Of a DNA stretch of 64,000 bases, positions 29,909 to 39,677 are shown one piece after another. Both the position numbers and the translations under genes were made by a program. How positions within the stretch are numbered: the stretch's first letter is position 1; every line of letters begins with the position of its first letter. The notes below the pieces were generated by a model. The model had not been told where the DNA came from. It saw nothing but the letters and a program-made list of their open reading frames with translations, and did no database searches. This stretch comes from Eubacteriales bacterium (GTDB lineage: Bacteria > Bacillota > Clostridia > Oscillospirales > CAG-272), in contig JAZOUQ010000039.1 of assembly GCA_045658185.1 (NCBI GenBank), positions 7,702 through 71,701 on the forward strand, given 5' to 3'.

Positions 29909-30559
29909 ATGAAAACAAGAAGATATATAACGGCGGTGTGTGCCGTATTACTTGCGACCGCGACCTTGCTTTGCGGTTGTGCAAAGGTAAACAAAATTCA
30001 AATGACCAACGACGGAAAATACGTTGATAATAAGAGCGGTATTACATATAACGAAGCACCGTACTGCTATGAGCCGATAGCGGTAGGAGAAAAGGCATAC
30101 GGACGCCTTGGAGAGATCGATTTTTACGAGATAGAGGGAGTATCGCCCGAAAAATGGCTGACGAGCAACGGAGTTGTATTTTATGCCGACGGAGAAAGTG
30201 TTCCCACACTCTCCGATATGGATATTTCCTACGCGAGCGTGGATGTGGATATAGATTTGAATTTTAGCATAACAGACGCTGAAGTGCTTGATGCACTTGT
30301 AAATGCTTATGTAAACGGAGAGGCTGTAAGCCGCCCCAGTCCTGCATTACCTGCGTCGAATTACCTTATAAATTGGGTGGTTAAACTGGCAGACGAAAAT
30401 ATGGGCATATATTACTCACTCTCTTATTTTGAACTGAGCGACGGAAGAAAGCTTTTATTTAACAGATTTGAAAACAGATGTGTTGAGGTTGGAAACGAAA
30501 TGCAGAGCTACGTTTCGGAGTACGGCAATCTTGTCGCTACCGAAACAGAGGCAGAGTAA
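29909..30559 (+). CDS. Hypothetical lipoprotein
   Basis: MKTRRYITAVCAVLLATATLLCGCAKV is a lipobox signal. 216 aa, with no family I recognise. Confidence 0.65.
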   Translation: MKTRRYITAVCAVLLATATLLCGCAKVNKIQMTNDGKYVDNKSGITYNEAPYCYEPIAVGEKAYGRLGEIDFYEIEGVSPEKWLTSNGVVFYADGESVPTLSDMDISYASVDVDIDLNFSITDAEVLDALVNAYVNGEAVSRPSPALPASNYLINWVVKLADENMGIYYSLSYFELSDGRKLLFNRFENRCVEVGNEMQSYVSEYGNLVATETEAE

Positions 30560-30563
30560 ACCT

Positions 30564-31001
30564 ATGGATATAGTCAGGCTTGACCTTGAGCATATCCCAC
30601 ACGTGGCAGATATAGAACGGCTTTGCTTTTCATCACCGTGGTCAGAAAAAAGTCTTGAGCTGTTTGCAGGCAACGGCGGTGTTGGTTTTGTCGCAGTCTG
30701 CAATGATACCGTAATAGCTTACGGTGGAATGATGACGGTGCTTGACGAGGGTCAGGTTACCAATATAGCTACGCATCCCGACTTCCGAAGAAAAGGTGCG
30801 GCAAAAATGGTGACTGAGGCACTGATCGAATACGGACGTGAGAACGGAATAGCCGCGATATACCTTGAGGTAAGGAAAAGCAACCTTGCGGCAATCACTC
30901 TGTATGAGGGATGCGGCTTTCTTGCGATAGGTGAAAGAAAAAAATTTTACAGCGATCCCACGGAGGATGCTGTATTGATGAAAAAAACGTTGGTGGAATA
31001 A
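30564..31001 (+). CDS. rimI: Ribosomal-protein-alanine N-acetyltransferase
   Basis: MDIVRLDLEHIPHVADIERLCFSSPWS, the GNAT acetyl-CoA motif RRKGAAKM, and a position directly upstream of tsaD. Confidence 0.85.
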   Translation: MDIVRLDLEHIPHVADIERLCFSSPWSEKSLELFAGNGGVGFVAVCNDTVIAYGGMMTVLDEGQVTNIATHPDFRRKGAAKMVTEALIEYGRENGIAAIYLEVRKSNLAAITLYEGCGFLAIGERKKFYSDPTEDAVLMKKTLVE

Positions 31002-31004
31002 AAA

Positions 31005-32015
31005 ATGTACATTCTCGGAATTGAAAGCTCCTGTGACGAAACCTCCGCAGCGGTGGTCAGTATGGGAGATGGAGAGAGAAAGATACTCTCCAATATAGTT
31101 GCTTCTCAAATTGAAACGCATAGACTTTACGGTGGCGTCGTGCCTGAAATTGCAAGTCGAGCACATATAGAGGCAATAAGCAATATAACCTACGAGGCAC
31201 TTGATACGGCGGGAGTTACTCTTGCCGATATCGGCTGTATTGCCGTAACGTCCCACCCCGGACTTATCGGTGCGTTGCTGGTCGGCGTGAATTTTGCAAA
31301 ATCATTGGCTTTTGCAAATAATATTCCTTTAGTGGCTGTAAACCACGTTAAGGCACACGTTGCCGCGGCGTATCTTGACTACCCACAGCTTGAACCTCCG
31401 TTTACCGCTTTGGTGGTTTCGGGCGGTCACACGTCTATATATAGCGTTACTGACTATTCGGATTTCTTGGAGATAGGCGGAACGCGTGACGATGCGGCGG
31501 GAGAAGCGTTTGACAAGATAGGACGCGTTATAGGAATGCCTTATCCCGGTGGTGCGGCAATGGACAAGTTGGCGTACGAGGGTGATAAAAAGGCAATAAA
31601 GCTGCCGTCCCCCGCAATGCTTGGAGATAATCTTGATTTTTCATTCAGCGGACTTAAAACGGCAACGTTGAATTACATCAACGGAGTGCGTCAAAAGGGA
31701 GAAGAGCCGAGCCATGCCGATATTGCCGCTTCGTACACGGCAACTATCGTTGACGCACTTGTTAAGAAGATGGAGTTGGCTATCGATAAACACGGTGTAA
31801 AGACGCTTGTGTTGGCAGGTGGAGTTGCGGCAAATTCTCATATAAGAGAGGCACTTGAGAAGCTTTGCAACAGAAAAAAGGTTGCTTTTTGCAGACCGAG
31901 CCTTGCACTTTGCTCTGACAATGCGGCAATGGTAGCGACCGCGGGTTATTTTGAATATATAAAAGGAAATTTTGCGGACACGTCATTGAACGCGTCGGCA
32001 CTTGATGAGGATTGA
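31005..32015 (+). CDS. tsaD: tRNA N6-adenosine threonylcarbamoyltransferase
   Basis: 336 aa. ILGIESSCDETSAAVV, HIEAH-like histidines (VNHVKAH) and SGGVAAN are present. Confidence 0.95.
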   Translation: MYILGIESSCDETSAAVVSMGDGERKILSNIVASQIETHRLYGGVVPEIASRAHIEAISNITYEALDTAGVTLADIGCIAVTSHPGLIGALLVGVNFAKSLAFANNIPLVAVNHVKAHVAAAYLDYPQLEPPFTALVVSGGHTSIYSVTDYSDFLEIGGTRDDAAGEAFDKIGRVIGMPYPGGAAMDKLAYEGDKKAIKLPSPAMLGDNLDFSFSGLKTATLNYINGVRQKGEEPSHADIAASYTATIVDALVKKMELAIDKHGVKTLVLAGGVAANSHIREALEKLCNRKKVAFCRPSLALCSDNAAMVATAGYFEYIKGNFADTSLNASALDED

Positions 32016-32755
32016 ATATGGAACAAAACAAGCAACAGTCGGTTGAGGATATACTCAACGAGGAAAATCTTGAAAAGATAATAAGCAAAAATAGCTTTCG
32101 TCCCGAGGTATCTGTTGCGGTTATCAAACGTTTGCCCCGATATTTCAGATATCTTCGTGAGCTGATAAGAATGGGTAAGACCCGAGTAAGCTCTGCGGAG
32201 CTGTCCAAAATGATGAATGTAACGGCATCGCAAATACGACAGGACCTTAACCGCTTCGGTGGATTCGGTCAGCAGGGATACGGTTATAACGTAAATTATC
32301 TTTACACAAAAATATGTGAGATACTCGGAGTAGGCTGCGGTTTTCGTGCGGCAGTTATAGGTGCGGGAAATCTCGGTACGGCACTTGTTCGCAGTCCTAT
32401 GTTTGAGAAGAGAGGCGTTGACGTAGTGGCTATGTTTGACGTATCGCCCGATGTGGTTGGTAAAAAGGTATCAAATGTAAAGGTGTACCATTTAGACGAG
32501 CTTGAGGCTACCGTGAAAAAATTCGGAGTGGATATAGCCATACTTACTCTTCCTAAAGAACACGCTGACGACGTATATGCAAGACTTGCGGGAACGGGAG
32601 TTCGCGGAATATGGAATTTTACGGGTAAGGATATTGCCGTAGAGCCTGACTGTGTCGTCGAGAACGTGCATATAGGCGACTCCTTGATGACCCTTTGCTA
32701 CGAGGTAGCACAAAAGATGTATCAGAACGATAAAGACAAAAAGGATACAAAATGA
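32012..32755 (+). CDS. rex: Redox-sensing transcriptional repressor Rex
   Basis: KRLPRYFRYLRELIRMGKTRVSSAELSKMMNVTASQIRQDLNRFGGFGQQGYGYNV and the Rossmann motif IGAGNLG. Its ATG overlaps the tsaD stop (ATGA). Confidence 0.9.
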   Translation: MNMEQNKQQSVEDILNEENLEKIISKNSFRPEVSVAVIKRLPRYFRYLRELIRMGKTRVSSAELSKMMNVTASQIRQDLNRFGGFGQQGYGYNVNYLYTKICEILGVGCGFRAAVIGAGNLGTALVRSPMFEKRGVDVVAMFDVSPDVVGKKVSNVKVYHLDELEATVKKFGVDIAILTLPKEHADDVYARLAGTGVRGIWNFTGKDIAVEPDCVVENVHIGDSLMTLCYEVAQKMYQNDKDKKDTK

Positions 32756-33723
32756 CAAATTATTATATAAATTTTGACGTGTCGGAGGCAAAAAAGACCC
32801 GTGTCATAGCAGAAGCAGACGAGATGGATCTGAGAGTGTTTTCGGCTGCCGTGCTGTTTTCGGACGGGGAAGGAGAATTTCAAATCTCCGAGCTTTGTGA
32901 AATACTTGGAATTTCGCAATCGGAAATTAATGCGTCGGTAAAATTCTGGAAGGGAGCAGGACTGTTTTGCACAGCACCCTCTAAAAGGAAGGACGTATCC
33001 GACGGACATACTGCACACAAGGGCGGTGCTATATCCCATGCGGGTGTTGAGGATTATACCAACGAGGAGCTTGCGGGAATACTTGAAACCAACATACGTC
33101 CCGTTTTCGTTGATGAAGCTCAAAAGGCTATGGGTAAGATGTTCAACAAAAACGAGGTTAGTAAGCTTATAGGTATAGTTGATCAGTTAGGCTTTGAGGA
33201 GGAGGCGGTTCTCGCAATACTCTCCTACTGTGTGCGTCTTGATAGAAAGAGCATAAGCTACGCTGAAAAAATAGCCCTCACCTTCCACGATCAGGATATT
33301 TCCACAGCAGCACAGGTACACGCACAGATAGATTATCTTGAAAGATGTAACAGTAACATAGAAAAGATACGAAGTCTGTACGGCTTTGGCGGAAGGGCGT
33401 TGACGACCACCGAAAAGAAGTATTTCACCACTTGGACGGAGGAGTACGGTTTTGATTTCGACGTCATCAAATTCGCGTATGAGATAACGGTTGATACCAT
33501 TACTAATCCCGCTCCCAGATATACTGCCAAGATATTGCAGAAATGGTATGAGAGCGGACTCAAGACCTTTACGGAGGTAAAGGCATTTGTTGACGCTCAA
33601 AGAGGGCAGAAGAAGCAGTATGCGACCGTGACGTCAAAGTCGGGACAGAATACCAAGACCGCAACGGAGATAGACGATTGGTATGAGCAAAAGCTCAAGC
33701 GTCAGTTTGGCGATAAAATTTAA
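32752..33723 (+). CDS. DnaD/DnaB-domain replication initiation protein (helicase-loading accessory)
   Basis: 323 aa with two DnaD-like C-terminal repeats (ISYAEKIALTFHDQDI... and YTAKILQKWYESGLKT). It overlaps rex by 4 nt and precedes the DnaI-like ATPase. Confidence 0.75.
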   Translation: MTNYYINFDVSEAKKTRVIAEADEMDLRVFSAAVLFSDGEGEFQISELCEILGISQSEINASVKFWKGAGLFCTAPSKRKDVSDGHTAHKGGAISHAGVEDYTNEELAGILETNIRPVFVDEAQKAMGKMFNKNEVSKLIGIVDQLGFEEEAVLAILSYCVRLDRKSISYAEKIALTFHDQDISTAAQVHAQIDYLERCNSNIEKIRSLYGFGGRALTTTEKKYFTTWTEEYGFDFDVIKFAYEITVDTITNPAPRYTAKILQKWYESGLKTFTEVKAFVDAQRGQKKQYATVTSKSGQNTKTATEIDDWYEQKLKRQFGDKI

Positions 33724-33738
33724 CAGAGGAATATTTTT

Positions 33739-34701
33739 ATGGGATATAACGTAAAGGATTACATAAGAATAAGAGATGAGTTTTCCAAAAAATATCAGGT
33801 GGCAAGAAACCGTGCGGAGAGCAGACGTATGGAAATACACGTCCGTATTCCCGAGGTAAGGGAGATTGACAGCACACTTTCTCGAACGGGACTTGATATA
33901 ATGTCGGCAATACATAGCGGCAAGGATACCCAGAGTGCGATAAAAGAGCTTGAGGCGAGAAACAACGAGCTGATCGCAAGACGCGGCGAAGTGCTTAAGG
34001 CGTACGGCTACGCTCCCGATTATACCGACGTTCATTATGACTGTGAGGTTTGCGGTGATACGGGATTTGTTGAAACCAAAATGTGCGATTGTATGAAAAA
34101 GGCACTTGTAAGGGCGGGATTTGAGTCCTCTGGACTTGGAAATCTTATAGGAAGCCAAAGCTTTGATAATTTCGAGCTTGGATATTATCCTGCCGAAAAG
34201 GTCGCAGTGGTAAAGTCCAGCGTAGATGAGCTTAAGGCTTTTGCGGATAATTTCAGCACAACTACGTATAAGAATTTTATTATGCTTGGCACAACGGGGC
34301 TTGGCAAAACTCATCTGTCCACGGCTGTGGCTGAAAGAGTGATAGAGAGGGGATATAGTGTTGTTTATATCAGTGCTGTATCTATGATAAGAGATTTTTC
34401 CAACAGCATACAGAGGGGAAGAGATAACGAAGCTCCTGATATTTCAAAATATTACGATTGCGACCTGCTTATCATAGATGACCTTGGCACTGAGGTAACC
34501 AACAGACTTACTCAATCGTATTTTTATGAGGTTGTAAACGAGCGTATCAACGGCCGTAAATGTACCATCATAAACACAAATCTCACAATATCCGAGATAA
34601 GAGAAAACTATTCCGACCGAGTATTCAGCAGAGTGCTTGGAGAGTATGTTTTGTTGCCGTTTGAAGGCGTGGATATAAGAAAACAGAAGTCGTTGAAATA
34701 A
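33739..34701 (+). CDS. dnaI: DnaI/DnaC-type helicase loader ATPase
   Basis: 320 aa. A zinc-binding N-terminal motif (CEVCGDTGFVETKMCDC), Walker A GTTGLGKTHL and Walker B LLIIDDLG are present. Confidence 0.8.
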   Translation: MGYNVKDYIRIRDEFSKKYQVARNRAESRRMEIHVRIPEVREIDSTLSRTGLDIMSAIHSGKDTQSAIKELEARNNELIARRGEVLKAYGYAPDYTDVHYDCEVCGDTGFVETKMCDCMKKALVRAGFESSGLGNLIGSQSFDNFELGYYPAEKVAVVKSSVDELKAFADNFSTTTYKNFIMLGTTGLGKTHLSTAVAERVIERGYSVVYISAVSMIRDFSNSIQRGRDNEAPDISKYYDCDLLIIDDLGTEVTNRLTQSYFYEVVNERINGRKCTIINTNLTISEIRENYSDRVFSRVLGEYVLLPFEGVDIRKQKSLK

Positions 34702-34704
34702 AGA

Positions 34705-34742
34705 AAAGAAGTCCGTCCTGAAACAGGACGGGCTTCTTTTCG
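34705..34742. terminator. Bidirectional terminator between dnaI and the convergent SDR gene
   Basis: AGAAGTCCGTCCTG-aaa-CAGGACGGGCTTCT followed by TTTT. Confidence 0.8.
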
Positions 34743-34772
34743 TATTAAATTTAAAATTCGGTTGTGTAACTG

Positions 34773-35540
34773 TTAGTTTACAAGCCAACCGCCGTCAACG
34801 TAGATCATCTGTCCCGTTACGTAAGAGGATGCGTCTGCTGCAAGATATACTGCAGTCGTTGCCATATCCTCGGGCTCGCCAAGACGCTTCATAGGAATCT
34901 TTTCAAGATACTTTGCCATAACGTCCTGATTGGAGAGAAGAGGCTTGGTCATTTCGGTCATGCAGTATCCGGGGCCAATTGCGTTTACGGTGATACCGTA
35001 AGGAGCCCACTCGTTTGCAAGAGCCTTGGTCATCTGTGTGATAGCACCCTTACTTGAGCAATATGCGATCATATTCTTAAGTCCAACCATGCTGGAAATA
35101 GAACCAACGTTGATGATTCTACCCTTGATTCCGTTTGCTACCATGAATTTGCCAACTGCCTGATTCATGAAGAATACGTACTTAAACTGAGTATCGGTAA
35201 CGCTGTCCCAATCCTCCTCGGTGTACTCGAGGGCAGGCTTACGGATATTGATACCTGCACAGTTAATGAGAATATCAATTCTTCCAAAGCGTTTTGCAAC
35301 CTCGTCAACAAAAGCATCAATTGCCGCAACAGATGTGATGTCCAGAGCGATTCCTTCTACGGTGCTTCCCGTTTCAGCGGAAAGCTCAGCTGCTGCCTGC
35401 ATCAATGCCTCTTTTCCACGGCTTGAAATTACCACGGTAGCACCCGCATCGGCAAGTCCCTTTGCCATGCCTTTACCAAGACCACGGCTTCCGCCGATTA
35501 CAATAGCAACCTTGCCTGTCAGATCAAATAAATTTTTCAT
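34773..35540 (-). CDS. SDR-family oxidoreductase (gluconate 5-dehydrogenase / KduD-like)
   Basis: 255 aa. GKVAIVIGGSRGLG, NCAG and the YCSSK catalytic motif are present. Confidence 0.85.
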   Translation of the reverse strand: MKNLFDLTGKVAIVIGGSRGLGKGMAKGLADAGATVVISSRGKEALMQAAAELSAETGSTVEGIALDITSVAAIDAFVDEVAKRFGRIDILINCAGINIRKPALEYTEEDWDSVTDTQFKYVFFMNQAVGKFMVANGIKGRIINVGSISSMVGLKNMIAYCSSKGAITQMTKALANEWAPYGITVNAIGPGYCMTEMTKPLLSNQDVMAKYLEKIPMKRLGEPEDMATTAVYLAADASSYVTGQMIYVDGGWLVN

Positions 35541-35842
35541 AATAATTCACCTTGCCTTTTTTGAATGTTAATTTTATAACAGACTAATTTTACCATATAA
35601 AAGAAGAATTGTCAAGAACTTTTGGTTGAAAGATTGTATCTTTATCACGAGAAAATTTTTAAAGTGTGTTATTTGTAGTGAATTACAAATAATATCCTTC
35701 GAATGTTTTCATAAAAAAGTTTGTTTTCATACTTTTTTGTAAGATGGTTATATTTTCGCAATAAAATAGATTGACAATCGGGCAATTTTGTGGCAAAATA
35801 ATAATGATGAAGTATCACCGAAACACAGAAAGGCCCCCAATT

Positions 35843-38800
35843 ATGAGTCTGACCTTTGATTATCACTGCTCGAATGAGCATCTGCACGTTGGATGTGACA
35901 AGCCCCGTGCCTATTTCATTCCCTACGGTAGCGATGCCGCGGCAAGGACGGGAAACCGTGCCGTGTCCGACCGATTTCTAACTCTGTGCGGTGAGTGGAG
36001 TTTCCGTTACTACAAGTCACTCGGTGATGTCGAGGATTTTACATCCCCCGATTGGAGCAGTGAGGGGAGCGAACGTCTTAATGTCCCCATGTCGTGGCAG
36101 ATGGCACTTGGACGCGGATATGATCTGCCCAACTACATCAATAGCGGCTATCATTTTCCCATCGATCCCCCATACGTGCCCGACGACAACCCCTGCGGTC
36201 TGTACGAGCGTGATTTTGAAATTGATGAACAGACGCTGAAGAGCCGCAAGATAAAGCTGGTATTTGAGGGCGTAGATTCCTGCTTTTACGTGTATGTCAA
36301 CAACTAATTCGCCGCGTACAGTCAGGTTAGCCACAGTACGTCCGAGATTCCCGTGGACGAGTATCTCGTTGCGGGTAAGAATAACGTCAAGGTGCTGGTG
36401 CTGAAATGGTGCAACGGCTCGTATCTCGAGGATCAGGACAAGTTCCGCATGTCGGGCATCTTCCGAGAGGTCTACCTGCTTTTACGCGATCCCATCCATC
36501 TGACCGATATTTATGTAAAAGCGTGTCCCAACGAGTCCTTTCTCACCGCGACGCTTACTGCTGAGCTTACTGCCAACGGCAAGACACAGGCGGCATACAC
36601 ATTGCTTGATCCCAACGGCAAGGAGATTGTAAACGGAAGCCTTACCGTCGACGGAAGAGCCACGCTAACGCTTGACATCGATTCTCCCATGCTGTGGAGC
36701 GATGACCCCCCCGACCTTTACGAGCTTTATCTCACGGTGGGCGGTGAGCATATACGCGTGGAGGTGGGCGTGCGTAAATACGAGATCCGCGGCAAGGTAC
36801 TCTACGTCAACAGCAAAAAGGTCAAGGGAAAGGGTGTCAACCGACACGATACCCATCCGCAATTGGGTTATGCCACTCCGCTTGACCACATCGTTCGCGA
36901 TCTGTACATTCTCAAGGCACACAACATCAATCTTATCCGCACCAGCCATTATCCCAACGATCCCCGCCTCCCAGAGCTTTGCGATCGCCTTGGCTTTTAT
37001 CTGTGCAACGAGGCTGATATAGAAACGCACGCTCTGAAATTGATAGGCAGCTGGGGCGAATATTCCGACAGTCCCGATTGGACTGAGGCGTACCTCGACC
37101 GCGTTAAGCTTCTTTTTGAGCGTGACAAGAACCACGCTTGCGTGCTGTTCTGGTCGCTTGGCAACGAAAGCGGTTGGGGCAGAAACTTTACCGCAATGTC
37201 GCAATATCTTAAAAGCCGCGATCCATCGTGCTTCGTGATGTCGGACAGCGTATCACGTACCCAGGGACTCAAATATATAAACGCAAAAACGGCTGCCGAA
37301 CGCAGATTGGTCGATAGTCCCGACATCGACATTGAGGCACGTATGTATCTCAATCCCGAAGAAAGCCTCAAATATTACATCCATAACCGTAATATCAAAA
37401 AGCCGTATATGCTCTGTGAATACAGCCACGCTATGGGAAACAGCTCTGGTGACCTTGAGGCATATTGGCAGACCATATACAAGCACGATGCCTTTTTCGG
37501 TGCGTGCGTGTGGGAATATTGCGACCATTTCGTTGATATCGGTACGGTTGGTAACCCACGTTACGCCTACGGAGGCGATTTCAATGAGGAAAAGCGTCTG
37601 GGTAATTTCTGTGCTGACGGACTCGTTTATCCCGACCGCCGCGTACACACGGGAATGATGGAATATAAGCAGGTTCTTCGTCCCGTCCGTTTGACGGCGT
37701 TCGATCCCGTAAAGAAAACCGTTACCCTGCGTAATATGCGGTACTTTGTATCTCTTTCCGATCTCGATATGCTTTGGAGCATTGAGCGTAACGGCAAGGT
37801 GATCCGAGAGGGAAGAATCACGTCGCTGAATGTTCCACCGCAATACCGCAAGACCTACAAGCTTGATCTTGGAGATCTTTCAAAGCTTGACGGCTTCTGC
37901 TATTTGAATCTTTCGTTCCGTTCCAACATATCCCACCCGTGGGCGGAAACGGGCTATGAGGTCGCTATGGAGCAGATCAAACTCGACTGTGCAGAGATGC
38001 CAAAGCTCTCCCAAAAGACCGTTATGCAGACGTTCGCAATCGCCGAGGATGAAAAAAAGATCCGCATCACCGATGGATCGTGCACTTATACGGTGGACCG
38101 TATACACGGCTTGATTTCTTCAATGATTGCAGACGGCAAGGAGCTGCTTGCCACTCCCGTGAGCCCCACGATATGGCGTGCACCTACCGATAACGACCGC
38201 GGGGTCAAGATCGAGTGGCAAAAAGTCGGCTTCCACCGCATACACATCAAGTGTTATGAGTGCAATGTTGCCGAGGTTGGGGAAAACGCGATCACCGTTA
38301 AAGCAAAGCTCTACCTCGGTGCTATCGGCACACGTCCTGTAATACGCATGGACGTGATCTACAAATTTATCCGTAACGAGGGTATTACCGTCACGACGGA
38401 AGCCGAGCGATGTGCCGAGCCAACTGTGTTCCTACCACGCTTTGGATTCGTTTTCCAAATGCCCGCTGATTGCGAACAGCTTCGCTATTTCGGCAGAGGT
38501 CCCGTTGAGTCCTACCGAGATAAGTGCCACGCCTCGCATATGGGACTGTTTACTACAACTGTTACCGATCATTTCGAGCATTACATTCGTCCGCAGGAAA
38601 ATATGGCACATATCGACACGCACTGGCTTGAGGTTGCAAACCTTGCGGGGCAGGGACTGCTCGCTACGGGTGCGAATGACAGTGCGACGTTTAGCTTCAA
38701 TTGTTCACACTTTACCGACGAGCAGCTGACCGCCACCGAGCACGACTATGAGCTTGTGCCTAAAGAGGAAACTGTGGTCCACATCGACTATATGCATAGT

Positions 38801-38935
38801 GGCATAGGTTCAGCCTCATGTGCTACCAAGCTTGCTCCCGAATGGCAAATGCTCGAAAAAAACTTCGGCTATTCTTTCCGCTTACTTCCCGTCCGCATCA
38901 ACGATACTTGCCCGTTTGAAAAGGCAGTGAAGTGA
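35843..38935 (+). pseudogene. lacZ: GH2 beta-galactosidase (LacZ-like) interrupted by a single in-frame TAA at 36305-36307
   Basis: ORFs 35771-36307 and 36353-38935 share one frame (582 nt apart). The protein sequence runs straight through the stop: ...FEGVDSCFYVYVNN*FAAYSQVSHSTSEIPVDEYLVAGKNNVKVLVLKWCNGSYLEDQD. This aligns with E. coli ...[32 protein letters not shown]...VLRWSDGSYLEDQD. The joined length of about 1030 codons is normal for LacZ. Confidence 0.8.
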
Positions 38936-38982
38936 GATTGTGATTGGTGGGAGTTTGAAAGAAAAAATAAATCACAAAAAAT

Positions 38983-39029
38983 CGGCTGTATCGATTTTGG
39001 AACATCCAAAGATCGATACAGCCGTTTTC
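38983..39029 (+). terminator. Intrinsic terminator after lacZ
   Basis: CGGCTGTATCGAT...ATCGATACAGCCG, a 13-bp stem extended by TTTGG/CCAAA, followed by TTTT. Confidence 0.8.
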
Positions 39030-39138
39030 TATCAATTAGTTTGAATTAGGTACATAAATACGCAGATGCACGCGGTCTGCCCCAGTCATAGCGGTTGAAG
39101 CTCCCACGTGGGAAAGACTGAACGAACGATAGTGAATT

Positions 39139-39531
39139 TCACTCTGCTGTATTTATGTTTTTAGTTTGTTTTTTTGATTTTATCAACGGTAGTGCTGTCC
39201 ACAATTCGCACCAACCGAAAAGTATCAAACTATATATGTAGGTTTCGCCTTCCATACATAAGGGCAAAAGATAACATAATGTTATGATGGTAGAATTATA
39301 AAGGGTAAAAAGTAATTTTCTTTTTTCATTCAATAAAACTTTTTTGCCGTATGTAAAACAATATATCGGAAGAAATACACCAATGATCAAGATTAGGGCA
39401 AATAATAATATAGCAATACCGCCCATATCGGCGTTTTGTTCTTCAAGAAAAAATGAAAGTGTTAAAAAAGACAACAAAGCCAAAATCACAAAAATAAAAG
39501 GATAGATATATTTTTTGATTTTTGCAAACAT
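39139..39531 (-). CDS. Hypothetical small polytopic membrane protein
   Basis: 130 aa with about four TM helices and very AT-rich coding sequence. I recognise no family. Confidence 0.5.
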   Translation of the reverse strand: MFAKIKKYIYPFIFVILALLSFLTLSFFLEEQNADMGGIAILLFALILIIGVFLPIYCFTYGKKVLLNEKRKLLFTLYNSTIITLCYLLPLCMEGETYIYSLILFGWCELWTALPLIKSKKQTKNINTAE

Positions 39532-39677
39532 AATTTCACCGCCTTTATTTTATTATACCACACTTTTTCCAAAAAGTAAACACATTGCAGTATAAATGAA
39601 GGAGAGTCCCATTAGGACTCGCCTTATTATTCGTTTCAACTTAATAATATGACCAATCGGCGTATTTGTCGATTTGA

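Noticed and set aside
33739-34701. The DnaC/IstB-like ATPase as a possible IS21-family helper gene (mobile element)
   Set aside because: There is no transposase, inverted repeat or target duplication nearby. The protein has the zinc-binding N-terminus of DnaI and follows a DnaD-domain gene in a housekeeping operon.
36305-36307. The possibility that TAA is a sense codon (alternative genetic code), which would explain the lacZ interruption
   Set aside because: TAA terminates many well-delimited genes in this window at the expected protein ends, for example spoIIIAB, ligA, rsmI, gdhA and dnaI. The standard bacterial code therefore applies.
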